From Camelus dromedarius (taxonomy: Eukaryota), in the NCBI RefSeq assembly GCF_036321535.1, contig NC_087437.1:6820001-6884000 (forward strand): a stretch of 64,000 bases of DNA, in the 5' to 3' direction. The notes under the pieces are model-generated. The model made no database searches. It saw nothing but the letters and a program-made list of their open reading frames with translations, and was not told the origin of the DNA. Numbering within the stretch: position 1 is the stretch's first letter; the number at the start of each line of letters is the position of its first letter. The position numbers were made by a program, and so were the translations under genes. Of this stretch, positions 38,740 to 50,430 are shown one piece after another.

Positions 38740-39400
38740 ATTTTGAAGACATCTCTGTCTACCAAGTCTGATGCTATTAAACCTGCACGTTCCCTTTCTT
38801 AATTTCTCCGATTTCCTGATGACCCTGATTTGCATTTGGCACTCACTCCACTGCTTCTTTCCCTCTTGGAGGGCCTACCATCCCCAAACCTGGTCCCTTT
38901 AGCTGTCTATAAGGACAGAAACTATCTGTTCTTCCAAAGTTCCAGCTCCACGTAGCCCTTGGGATACTTTGCTCCTGTTTGCATGGGTGCCCCTTCTTGA
39001 ATTTTCTTTCCCTTGGCATAATTCCTTCCCATCTGCCTACAGCATAGCTCCATTGCCTTCACACTGAAAGAGGACTTTCTCTTGTTCCAACTCTGCTCTT
39101 GTATTCCCTGTCCTTCATTTTCCTTACTTAAAAAAAAAAAAAAAGTACCCCACTGTATCTCCCTTTGTTTGCTCACTTCCTCCTTACATCCAGAGCCCAT
39201 GCATTCTGCTTTGGGGGCCTCCCATCTCACAGGAACTATAACACTACAGCTCAACAGTGACCTTTTCGTGAGCAAATCCAGCACCATCTCTCAGCTTGAG
39301 TCCTCCCCATCTTTCTGGATCGCGTGAGTCTATGATCTATTCCCCCATCTCGAAAGCTTCTCCTTCTTTGACAGTCACAATACGGGTGACCGTCTTGTTC
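38740..39400 (+). mobile_element. Degenerate L2 fragments
   Basis: Pyrimidine-rich L2-like text, e.g. gctcaacagtgaccttttcgtgagcaaatcca. Confidence 0.45.
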
Positions 39401-39479
39401 CTTAATCTGATTGCAACCTCTGATTGGTTGCAGAGTTTTTATGTTTCCTTTGCTTGTCTTTTCAAAAGTCCTTCATATG

Positions 39480-39650
39480 CATATATGCTATGTACGTATT
39501 ACCCAGAACCTGCATGGGCCAAGCACGTGGTTTTTGCCAATTTACAGATGAAGAGGTGGAGACAGAGAGAATTCAAATAACTTACTCAAAGTCACAAAAG
39601 CTTGTCACGGAGGGAGTATGTTTTGATTTGATACTGAGTCTAACTCCGGC
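39480..39650 (-). mobile_element. MIR fragment
   Basis: ccaatttacagatgaagaggtggagacagagag...aacttactcaaagtcacaaaagc. Confidence 0.7.
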
Positions 39651-39968
39651 CCTGGGCATTCCTCGGCTCATAACTTCAGAGGACCCGAAACGGTTTTCTT
39701 CTCTGAGCCAAGGTGATGAAAAATAGACTCATTTACACTATTGCATCTGACAACGGTGGCTTTCAGAACTTTTTTTTTCATTGGTGAAGTTGTGAAGCCA
39801 CAAGCAATATTCCTGGAACTCTTTTACCTTCTAAGCCAGCCTCTTAATCTACAAATCTGTCTGCACCTGGACCCGCAGTTTCTGCTTTTCCTCCTAGTGC
39901 AATAGAAAAACAACTCCCCTCTCCCCCTCAAAAACCAACACAACCTCCCCAAACCCCCCCAAAACAAA

Positions 39969-40098
39969 GGGGAAGGGTGTAGCTCAGTGGTAGAGTGCAC
40001 GCCTAGCATGCATGAGGTCCTGGGTTCAGTCCTCGGTACCTCCGCTAAAGAAAATAGGTAAATAAACCTAATTACCTCCTCCCAACCTGCAAAGAAAA
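39969..40098 (+). mobile_element. Camelid tRNA-Ala-derived SINE
   Basis: gggtgtagctcagtggtagagtgcacgcctagcatgcatgaggtcctgggttc...aaacctaattacctcc. Confidence 0.92.
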
Positions 40099-41496
40099 CC
40101 CCGAAAAGCTGTGTCTGTCTTCTGTTGCCTTCTCAAGCCCACTCCACTCTCTCTCATTCTAAACAAGGTCCTCTTTTGTGACCACATCCCACTGCAGCTC
40201 TGCCCCATTTCTGAAAAGATGCTGAACTCAACTTTTCATTCGTGTTTCAGCCTAGTCCATTCCGGCTTATGTCCCCACTACTCAATGGAACGACTCTTGG
40301 CGAGGTCTCCAAAGGCTTCCTGGAATGCCTTAGCGCGACCTTCCTGTCCTCACCCCTCTCCCGTGCTCAGCAGTTCCCGTCTCCCACTCTGCATCCTTGC
40401 CACCACTCCCTCTGGTCCTCCTCCTCCCTCTCGGCTGCTTTTCCTCTGGCCCCTCTGCTGGCTCCTTTGTCTCAACCTCACTGTTAAATATTAGAACGTC
40501 CCGTGGCTGGTCTCAGGACTCTTTTATTTCCTCTCTGTCTCCATTCAGCCCTGATGATTCCGTTCAATCTTGTGGCTTTAATACCATCTCTTTTTTGAGA
40601 ATTTCAAAAGCATATATCCACCTTTAATTTTTCTGCAGGCTCCAGAGCTATCTACCTACCCATCTATCTATGGTTCAACATTCTGATTCAGGTGTTAACG
40701 GACATTTTAAGCTTAACAATCAAATGAGAAGTAGTGTGAAGTTACCTCAAATTTGCCCTTGGGTCACTTCTGAGTCCGTTGATGGTACCACAAGCCTCTC
40801 AGCTGCCCAGTGCAGACATTCAGGAGTCATCTCTGATTCTTCTTTTTTCCTCACTCCCAATGTCTCATCCATCAGCATTCCAGTCGTTTCTCCTTCAAAT
40901 TATATTTCAGTTCCATCCTAACTTCCAACTGCACTGCTGCCCTTCTGGTTCCCTTTACTCTAATATCTTACCTCCGAACAGGACTCTCAGCCTCCACTGT
41001 TGTCCCCACCCAATCTGTTCCTCACACAGAACCCTGTATTTTTAAACATTAATCAGACATGTCATTTCTTTAAAGTCTTTCTAGTGATTTCCCGTGGAAT
41101 GTAACTGAAGACCCAGCTCTTTGTCAAGGCTTCCTCCCCTGCTCCATCTGGTCTTTTAGTTCCTCTCTCCCCGTCCTCCAGCTGCACCTCTTCTTGTCCT
41201 CAAGAATCTTCTTTTTGTCCTCAAGAACCTACTCCTTTCATGCCTCAGGGCCTTTGCAAGTGCTGATTCCTCTGCTCTGACAGCTTTATACAGAGTCGAA
41301 TTTTTTAAGTTTTAGTTAAAATGCGCTCTTGTCGCAGGAGTCTATCCCAATCTCCTTGTAGAAAGTGGCCATCCCAGCCTCCAAATGATCTCTAGCACAT
41401 CCCCCTGTTTATTTCCTTCAGAGTTTTTAGCTCCTTCTACAGATGTCTCCCTCATTTAATTATTTATCATTCATTTGTCTGTCTCCACCCTCTAGA

Positions 41497-41701
41497 ATAG
41501 CATGGTTGGAGAGAACTTTCTGCCAGTGTTGAAAATGTTCTTCTGTGCTGTCCTCATATAGCAACAACTTGTCACACATGGTTTTTGGTCACTTGAAATT
41601 TGTCTAGTGGGACTGAGGTACTGAAATCTTAAACTTAATCAATTTAAATTTAAATGTCATTGGCCACATGGGGCTACTGGCTACCATAATGAACAGAACA
41701 G
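41497..41701. mobile_element. MER3 hAT MITE
   Basis: gaactttctgccagtgttgaaaatgttc...cacttgaaatttgtctagtgggactgagg...gccacatggggctactggctaccata. Confidence 0.85.
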
Positions 41702-42649
41702 CTCTCAAATGTCTATTCCATGAAGGCAGGGATCTTTGTTTAATTTGTTCATGGCTGTATCCCCAATTCTTACAAAAGCCCCTGGAATACAGATAATGCC
41801 CATAATATGCAGTTAATGATAAATGAATGAATGAGTTATTTCTGATTGGGATGGAATTCTGGGAGAAAAAAAGGATCATTTCTAATTGTGGCAATGCTTT
41901 GTAAGTAATGCAGCCGTCTTTCTAGAAATGTGTTGGGACTATATATGGCTTTCCGGAGATCTTTAATTAGGATTCTAAGAGAGGAACCCAATATTGTAAA
42001 TTAAATTTTTGACCATGTTGAGAACATGCTTGATTCCTTTGCTGTGTTTTGTTAACCAGCAATACAATTATCCTATCTATGGGGTTATCATATGTAATTA
42101 ATGAATTAATCAATTTACTTAATTCACAGTCAGAAAGATATTCTGTTTTCTAGTGTTGTCTACCAATTATGCAGTAAATCAAGGCTTTGAAGAGTTTCAA
42201 CAACCATTCATTTTTTATGAATTAATCTTTCTTTGGCTTTCTTCTCTAGGGGTGAACAAAGAATGCAAACATAGACCAAGGATATATGAAGTCTGAATGC
42301 TAAGAGCAGGCAGAAGATGCAGCTGAATATAAAAAATATATGGAATTAATTTTCAGGTGTTAATGTCATTAAATTTCAGGAATTAATGTCATCAGGTGCA
42401 GACAGGGTCAATCTGTCAAGAGGAGGCAAGCCCCTGTGTCAAGGACAGGTAAGTATTAAGACCTTATTTTCTTAGAAAAAGGTGCTAAATTAAACATACA
42501 GTCAGTTAAAAAAAAGATGAATAAGAATATACAAGCAACAAATGTAATGAAAAAGCAGAAAGCATGGGTAAAGTACAGCTTTGCCAATTTTGATATTAAT
42601 CCCTGTCCAGGAACAACTAGAAGTTACTACTAGTGTCATTACTGCCATT

Positions 42650-42865
42650 GCTGCCCTACCATTTTTGGAGAGCCTACTATGTGCCAAGAACTGTACTAAT
42701 TACCACACATACACGAGTCTATTCAATAATCAGATCAATTCTATATGATAAGCACTAATTTGTCCATTTTATACATGATAAAATGAGCTCAGTTTAGACT
42801 CATTGTGAGTGGTGGAGCTGCGGTCTGCCCCCAGTGAATCTGACTCCAAAGCTTGAGCTCTTAAG
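42650..42865 (-). mobile_element. MIR SINE
   Basis: gagcctactatgtgccaag...ccattttatacatga...gtgagtggtggagctg...tctgactccaaagc. Confidence 0.75.
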
Positions 42866-43020
42866 GAGAAAAAGTTCAAAATCTGGTATCCTCTAAAGCA
42901 ATCACAGACAGACGCACACCACAGGTGTCCACGCACCTGGTATGACCGAGTTTTGAAGATGACATTTTTATAAAATTCTTTCTGTTTTTCTGATCCATAT
43001 GTCAGTTAATATTCCTGGTC

Positions 43021-43140
43021 TAGAGGTCTAGCGCAAAGGGAAAGCAGGTCATATAAATTAAAGCAGGCTAGGTATGTAATGAGAGGACACGGAGTGGTGG
43101 CAACTGTGGTAAAATCAAAAACATATCCCTACCTTCAGAC
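43021..43140 (+). mobile_element. MER102-like hAT fragment
   Basis: gcaggtcatataaat...ggagtggtggcaactgtggtaaa resembles the MER102 5' part. Confidence 0.5.
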
Positions 43141-43159
43141 ATAACAAGTCATTATAAAG

Positions 43160-43240
43160 TTTTTTTTATTAATGGGATTGAACCCAGGGCCTCATGCATG
43201 CTAAGCATGTGCTCTACCATTGAGCTATACCCTCCCCCCA
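43160..43240 (-). mobile_element. Short camelid tRNA-Ala SINE copy (head only)
   Basis: gggattgaacccagggcctcatgcatgctaagcatgtgctctaccattgagctataccctccccc; degenerate TSD caagtcattataaag/caattcattttaag. Confidence 0.9.
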
Positions 43241-43261
43241 CTGCAATTCATTTTAAGATAC

Positions 43262-43732
43262 TATTATAGGTTGACCTGTATCTCCCCAGAAAAGGTATTT
43301 TGAAGCCCTAACTCCTAGTACCTCAAAATGTGACTTTATTAAAAACAGGGTCATTGTACGTGTAATTAGTAAAGTTAAGATGAGATCATAGGGGAAGTAT
43401 GGTCATAGGCCAGGGGAGTATGGGGGCCCCTCATCAAATATGGCAGATGTACTTGTAAGAGGAGAAGAGACACAGGGATATAGGACAAGGCAATGCAAAG
43501 ACGGAGGATTGGAGAGATGCATCTACAAACCAAGAAACGCCAAGTACTGCTGGCAATGCACCAGAAGCTACGAAGAGACAAGAGAAGATTCCCTACAAGT
43601 TGTAGAGGGAGTTTGGCCCAACTGATGCCTCAGTTTTGGTTTCTAGCCTCCAGAACTATGAGAAAATAAATTGCTGTTTCATGCCATCCAGTCAGTGGTA
43701 CTTTGTTCAAGCAGCCCCAGGAAACTAATACA
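43262..43732 (+). mobile_element. MLT1C-type MaLR solo LTR
   Basis: tattataggttgacctgtatctcccc...tctagcctccagaactatgagaaaataaa...gcagccccaggaaactaataca; TSD gatac/gatgc. Confidence 0.9.
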
Positions 43733-43899
43733 GATGCAATGAAAGGGCCATCCGTTGACTAGATGAGCATATCAACTATAGCTGGCTTGAACCAACTAAA
43801 AACCCTTAACACAGAAAATCTACAGAACACGTGTAGCCATTGTTCAGGGATAAATAAAAGCGAACTAAAGCATAGCTCTGAATTTCTCTGATTTTAAAA

Positions 43900-44145
43900 A
43901 ACATCTCTGAGAGCATTTTGCATGTGCTATATACTGTATTAAGTGCCTTGTCAATGTTAACTCATTAATTCCTCATAATAATCCTATCCATTAGGACTAC
44001 CATCTCCACTGTATCCAGGGGGCAGAATTTAGACACACAGAGGTTAAGTGACAGCTGTGGCCACACAGCTCATAGGTGGCAGAGCTGGGATCAAACCCAG
44101 GGAGTCTGGTGCTGGAGTCCATGCTCCTGACCACTGTGCCCTGCT
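43900..44145 (-). mobile_element. MIR SINE
   Basis: cacagaggttaagtgac...ggtggcagagctgggatcaaacccagggagtctgg. Confidence 0.82.
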
Positions 44146-44485
44146 ATCGTCCCTGGGAATGAACATCATTCACCACCAATTCTTGAACCCTACCCTTAGT
44201 TTTAGTGACTGGTACATGAATGTCACACTTACCTACATCCATCAAGTCTGCTACATCACAGGACGGCTCTGATCGCCACACTCCCTTCAGGGATGCTCAG
44301 TGCCTTTTGATTTGTTTCTTTGACACAGAGAGGGAGCAGCATCAGTTCAACTGGTCCCTCTCTGGCATGGCCCTGTCTTACTCAAAGATCTAAAGAAGGA
44401 ATCCTGACAGTTGCCAACAACATCTATTGCAACTCTGTATTAAAAATCTGAAGGATTAACTCTTAGATATATTCAAGATGTTTTT

Positions 44486-45175
44486 GGGGGGGAGGTTATA
44501 ACTCAGTGGTAGTGAGGTGGGAAGCCCCATAAAAAAGACCAGCAGGACCCCCAGGCAGGGGCCACTACTCTCCTGCCAGCACCATCTGGTTCCCTGGCCA
44601 AGTGGCTTTATCTCACTTTTTGCCTCTGAAATGGCTTACTTCTAGGAAAGTGGAACTTATCCCTAAAATTCTATTGGTTCCCTGAGCTAACTCCTGATTA
44701 GTCCATCTGTAGTGCTTCATTTGCATGGAGCTCACTCCTGATTGGTTATTTCTCTCACTCCTGATTGGTCCATTTCCCTCACCCCTGATTGGTCCATTTC
44801 TGTAGAGCTTTTGTAAAGCTTATTCTTAATTAGTCAACTTTGGTTATACGTTATTTGCATATGATGTTGCAAAGTGTAAACTGGCAGCCTATAAAAGCCT
44901 GTGTAAACCTACAGGTGGGGTCCAGGGCTTGGAGTGTTAACTCCTCTGGGCCTGCTGGTGTAATAAACCTGAGTTCTCCAACTCTCCGAGTGCTGCTTGG
45001 TCTCTCGCCTGGATCCAGGTTGCTGTCACAACTGAGCTGTAACACCGAGCTGTGACACTGAGCTGTAACATGCTTTTCTGCAACAGTAGAGCATGTGCTT
45101 AGCATGCACGAGGTTCTAGGTTCAATTCCCTGTACCTCCATCAATCAATCAAATTACCTCCCCCCTGCAAAAAAA
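44486..45175 (+). mobile_element. Camelid tRNA-Ala SINE split by an LTR (44486-44512 and 45086-45175)
   Basis: gggggaggttataactcagtggtag | LTR | gtagagcatgtgcttagcatgcacgagg...aattacctcccccc. Confidence 0.92.
44513..45085 (+). mobile_element. Solo ERV LTR (ERV1/gamma-like), 573 bp
   Basis: TG...CA termini, 4-bp TSD gtag (44509-44512 and 45086-45089), TATAAAA 44890-44896, AATAAA 44962-44967. Confidence 0.9.
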
Positions 45176-45884
45176 GAGTTCCTATTGGACCTACCATAAG
45201 GCAGAATTAAGTCAAAATCCCCCAAATTTGTCCTTTTCACAGTAAACAGTTGCCTTGATACATGTGTGTAGGCCCCTTCCTGGAAGGGCTATGCGCAAAG
45301 TAAACATCAACAGTTAAGAATAGACGTTCCCTCCCACATATTCCATCTTTCTTTCGTCCTTACGACTCTGGGTCCAAAACTGACTCAGGTCTGAGATCTG
45401 GCGAGAGGCTGCGGGGTTCTAAGGTGATGGCTCAAGTTGGACTTTTAGTTGCCAGGGCTGGAATGTTTTTAATTGTTTCTTGAGTAAATCAAGAAAAGAC
45501 TTAAGGGTGGTTGTTTATTCGTTGCAATGCTTGCAAGCCATGTTTAATCAAGCACGTCCAGAGGTATCAGTGAGTAAGTGTAGCCTCCCAGTTCTGATTG
45601 CCTCGCCAGCCTTCAGGCCTACATACAGCTGGTCTCTGTCGTTGTGCAGTCATGCCCACTGAAGTTCCGGGCAGTTCCTAGTAGAGGCCTTTCCTGAAGT
45701 CTTTCTGTCCTAGAGAGACGAGCCCAGAGGGGTCATTCTGATTTTGTGCTCAAGGCCTTCCTGAATGAGAGAGAATCTCATGGCCCTTCTAGAAGGGCCC
45801 CAGTGGGGAGGGAGTGGGCAGAAAGTACCTGATGGAAACAAACCAGCATTTGGGCCTCCCTGTTTTTGAATTCCTTCCCTTACA

Positions 45885-46057
45885 TCTTCAGCGTGAACAT
45901 GCATCAGACTCTCCTGGAGGGCTCGCTGGAACGCTTTGTTGGGCCTCGTCCCCTACGTATCTGAGTCAGAAGGTCTGGGCTGGGGCCTGAGAGTCTGCAT
46001 TTCTAACATGTTCTCAAGTGATGCTGATGCCACTGGTCTGGGACCCACGAACCGTTG
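45885..46057 (-). mobile_element. MER5A hAT MITE
   Basis: gcatcagactctcctggaggg...ggtctgggctggggcctgagagtctgcatttctaaca...gtgatgctgatgc. Confidence 0.82.
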
Positions 46058-47014
46058 TTCTAGGTTACATCATAGGATTTCTGGCCTTTCAATATAATTT
46101 ACCGGGGGAAAGCGTTAGATCTATGTTTGCATTAACCCACCCAGAGAGCTTTGAGAACCACAGGCAGCTGTCTGAGGCCAAACATCCTACAGGCACATTC
46201 ATATCGTAGAATTCAGACCGGTTCATGCTTTGGAATCAAGTACTTTCCAAATCCACCCCCCCTCCCCAATAAACCACAGATTTTAATGATATATGTTAAC
46301 ATGCTGTGCAACTCTTTTCTTTGCCCTGACTCCGTATTCCCCTCCCCACGGCCTCCCATGCTGAGAGCGGAGGGGATGGGAGCAGAGAGCGAGCAGCTGT
46401 GGTTAGTCTCCACTCTGCCTCCTTAGGCGATGTAGGAAGTAAGCGGGGCGGGGGGGGGGGGGCGTTACTTCATGGGAGTTCTTCCCAGGAGGTTGGTGGT
46501 GTCTAAATTCTCACTCCTATTTTTGGGAGTCAGGCCACTACCTAACCTCCACCTAAAAGGCTTTGTGTGGCTGTGAATTCAACTGTCATTATTGCTCAGT
46601 GACCTTATGACTCTTCCCTGGGCTTTGTATTTGGTGGGGGAGGGGGGCGGTCCTAGCCCTTATCTGTAGGAGGCAAGAGATGCTTTCAGCACAGTCAGGA
46701 CGGTCTCTGAAGTTCATTTAGGACCTTGAGGCAAGAATTCATGTCTTTCAATTTTCTGTCTTCTCACCTTAATGACAATCAAGGCTAACTTCACTCCAGT
46801 CCCAGAATTCCTCATGCCTTTTAAGTTGTTCTGCAGAGTTGAAACATGTACCCTAGATTTTTGTTTCCATTGGGCACACAATGCTAAGTATGGAAAGGCA
46901 GTAAGTTAGTGCCTCCGTGTCTTCTGCCCAGTTACCAATTCCATCTATTACACATTTCCCTGGTGGTTAGCTGGTTCCTACTCCAGCTAACAGGGTTTTT
47001 TGGTTGCAAATTTT

Positions 47015-47432
47015 CTATCAGGGTTCTTTGGTTGCAAATAAAAGATCCTAAGGAAAAAGAAGGCATAGTCTTACTAAATGGATATCAGATAGCCTTTGGC
47101 ATTGGAGGAAAAGCTCAAACTTAAGCTTTGGAAAGTACTAGAACTTGAACAAGCAGCCTTTTAAGGGGTGAATGGTCCAAATGAATGACCTGCAATTATC
47201 TTTGGTCTTTGAGGAACTGTGCTCAATGGTCCCATTTTAGGAGGAAGGAGACCACCATCTCCTTAACCATGTGCCCACCCGCTTGCCAGGAGATGTCATG
47301 TAACCTTGATCAGCAGCCTCACCAATATTGTGTTCAACTGGGGAGAGGGCATTTCCCAAAGCAAAATTAGGACATTATTTCCAGAAGAAAGAGGAAAAGA
47401 TGCTGGACAAGTAAAAGTGTGCAGTGTCCACC
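47015..47432 (-). mobile_element. Old MaLR LTR (MLT1K/L/N-like)
   Basis: tcagggttctttggttgcaa...ttcccaaagcaaaattagg...ccagaagaaagaggaaaagatgctggaca. Confidence 0.65.
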
Positions 47433-48767
47433 CTGGCTACGTTAAGTACCTCCCAGACAGAGGTGAACAGGCTTTGTAAGTTGTAACAACTTCACATATG
47501 TTTGGGATCTTTATTTGACCAAAATCTTTGGCTTTGGGAGAGCCTAATTCCTGGAGCATCTTTGTTCTTATTTTGGCTACCATGAACACAAAATTATATG
47601 TCCCTTCTTTATAAATCACCACCTCTTTTAAGGACAGCAAAACAGAGAAGGACACAAGTGGGTTTTAATATCCGAGAGAGTCATAGTGCAAACTTCCCTT
47701 TAAACTTAAACCATATGGGTTTACAAAGCAGTTGAAAATAAGTCTGAAAGGTATTAATCACCTTGACTGAATAGAAAGAGACACCAAGCGAAGCACACAG
47801 CCAGCTAGAAAACCAAGAGGAAGGTAGAGAGGTACCGTCAATACAATCAGAAAGACTCAATCAAACGTAGGCTGCTGCACATCAAAGGTAAAGCCTTTAC
47901 CTGTTATTAATTATGACAGTAATTTCTGGCTCACAACATCTCACATAGCAACTGTAACCAAGAACATCTGCATTTTAAACTGAAGGTGCCTCGTATGCTA
48001 AAGGGAAGCAAAATGCAAGCACATCTTCTGGGAGCCAAGGAAAAGGGCCATGCAACACGCAAGCTTCCATGCAAACCGCCACGTGCCTCATCCGATGGTG
48101 GAAGAATCACATCCTCTGTGTTACACAAAGGAGTGCAATTCTAAATAGAGTCTGGAGAAGAAAAGAGGGTAAGGTGAGGGTCCTAAGTTTCTTTAGTCAC
48201 ATGTTCTGTTTTCTATTTCAACAAATGCCATTAAAGAATAACACCCTCTTTTCACAAGCACCACTCAACCAAAGTGTTGCAAATATCTTTTATCTAGAAA
48301 TACTCGGATAAAAACAGTCACAAGAGGCCAAGAATTCTTTGATGAGCAAGATTCGATTTACAGTCAAATCCCCTGATTCCTCTCGCGTCTGCTCAATCAG
48401 ATGTCTGCTTCCCAGGATTCCCCTGGGGCTACTCACACGAATCTGCGGAATCCCTGCCCCTGCTTTCCCAGTCCTCCGCCCCATGACTACACTTGTGTCT
48501 CCATATTCACAAGGTGGAGGCCTTGCTCTTGACCTCTTAATGTAAATATTAGGTTAGTCATATGAGAGCTCCCAGTGGCTGAGCTGATTTTCCCTGACGA
48601 ACCATTAGTTGGTGCTAAGTTTGGGTATCTGGGTTAAACCCAGCTTCATATAACAACTATTAATAAAACCCATCCTCTTTCAGGGTGTGTTATGTATGTG
48701 CTGAACACCTGTTAAACGTTTTATGTGCATCATCTCAAGCGTTCCCTGCTCCAGTCATATCTGGTCG

Positions 48768-49240
48768 TCTGGCAGCAGACACCTGTTGTTTTGATAATTC
48801 CCTATGCGAGGCCCATCTTCCCAAGGTGTACACAAACATCTGCTTCCCCCAGACTCCTTTGCAGCTAAGGTGGAGATGTGTCATCCTTTCAACCTAACGG
48901 ATTCACCCTTACAAGGCTTCATTCAGAATTGAGGGATGTGGGAGGGGCATTCATTTATCCAGACTGGTAAAAGCAGAAATGGGGGACGGGCAGTGGGAAA
49001 TTCAGAAGAGTTCCTGTGCCCTAGGGCTCAGGAAGCAGCTGTCACAGGACCTCCCTCATTCATCCAGTTCTTCCTCATGGCTTAGGGCACTGTTCATTGT
49101 GGCCAAAACTTTAGAATTAAGCCTGGGACTTTATTGCTCCCACTAATTTTATGAGCTGCCCAATAGCCTTAAAATGTTCAGTTTCACCTTATAACAGCCA
49201 AAGTGGATTCTGTTGTTTGCAACTAAGAAACTTGAGCAGT
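48768..49240 (+). mobile_element. LTR33-like ERVL LTR
   Basis: ccccagactcctttgcagctaagg...agccaaagtggattctgttgtttgcaactaagaa. Confidence 0.6.
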
Positions 49241-50430
49241 CCGGGACTAGGAATATTACCTTCCTTTGAAGACATACAGCAGTTCAGCAGCTTGTTTAAT
49301 ATCGTGCAATACGTGAGTGTTGGAGCTGGAATTAACATCAGTGGCTTGTTAACACTTCATACCTTTAACTCTGTCTCCAGAATAGGCAGCGTTTTGAATG
49401 GTTAATGATCCCCTATTCCTCAGGACGTCTTTGTGCCAGATCTGTTTTTAACGACAAGCTCTTAAACCATGAGAACATGGTCTGCCATCAGAGGAGAAAA
49501 GAAGTCATCAAAAAGAAGGCGTCTTCATGGTCTCAGGAGTTAGACTGCAGAAGCCAGAGAAGAAAGGAGAGATCTTTATCGTCTGAGGAGGGTAAGAAGA
49601 AGCAGAATAAATGTGCAAAGCCCAGTTTTACAGGTTAAACCCTTTTTAATGGAAACTTCCATCTGAGGCACAGTTATCCGGTCATGCCTTTTGTGAAGCA
49701 CGGGCTGAAAATCAGAGCACACCTTAGGAGGTGACCTCAAAACCCCTCTGGCTACTGTATCTCTGTGAAAGAGAGACAAGTCTATGTCTCAGGGTGTTTG
49801 CCTCACATAAATTAAAATTTTAAAACTGTGTGCACTCTAATTTGTTTCCAGTTTCCTACCAGTCTAGTCCCTCCCCTGTGCCAGTAAAGCACGTGCCCAC
49901 TCTTGGAATGCATGGTCCAACTTGTCGGTACCATGAGGGGCTCTGGGCTGGAATCATTTGCAGTGCTTTTTGAATCCCTTCTTGCTCGTCTTCCCCACAT
50001 ATCGTGTGGAGACACATAATTCTCTGGCAATGCTTGGTTCAGTGTGGTCTGACTTCGAATTTCGCTTGTCCTCAGGGATCAGCAGAATGGGTTTTGAGCT
50101 GTCGGTGTTCTGTGAATAGGCAAACATCCTTGCTTTCTAAGAAAGCTGGTTTCTTCTGTGCTCTGGGTGAATTGCTCTGCGTTGAGAACTTTCTCTTGCC
50201 CTCCTTGTTCCTTTATTAATTAGATATTTAAATGGGTCTTTTGAAAACTAAAGTTCCCATTATTATATTTAAATCATGCTTTCATCATTATTATGTATGA
50301 ATCTTCCATCATCCTGAAACTGCAATTGCTTTTTCCCAGTGGCGATAAAGCACTGTATAGAGTACCTGCAAAGAATAGGGTCTGAGTTGATGGAGAAGGG
50401 CTTTTTGCTTTCTTAAGATCTCTCCAGAGA

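Larger units (their letters stand above)
39830..41835 (+). mobile_element. L2a long 3' fragment, interrupted by a SINE and MER3
   Basis: tcttgtggctttaataccatc...gcctcagggcctttgcaagtgctg...ccatgaaggcagggatc...aaatgaatgaatga terminus. Confidence 0.82.

Noticed and set aside
46443..46463. G-run as a functional G-quadruplex
   Set aside because: A short homopolymer tract without supporting context; its length may also be an assembly artefact.
46991..47039. 28-bp-period duplication cagggttYtttggttgcaaat
   Set aside because: A local tandem duplication at the end of an old MaLR LTR with no sign of function.
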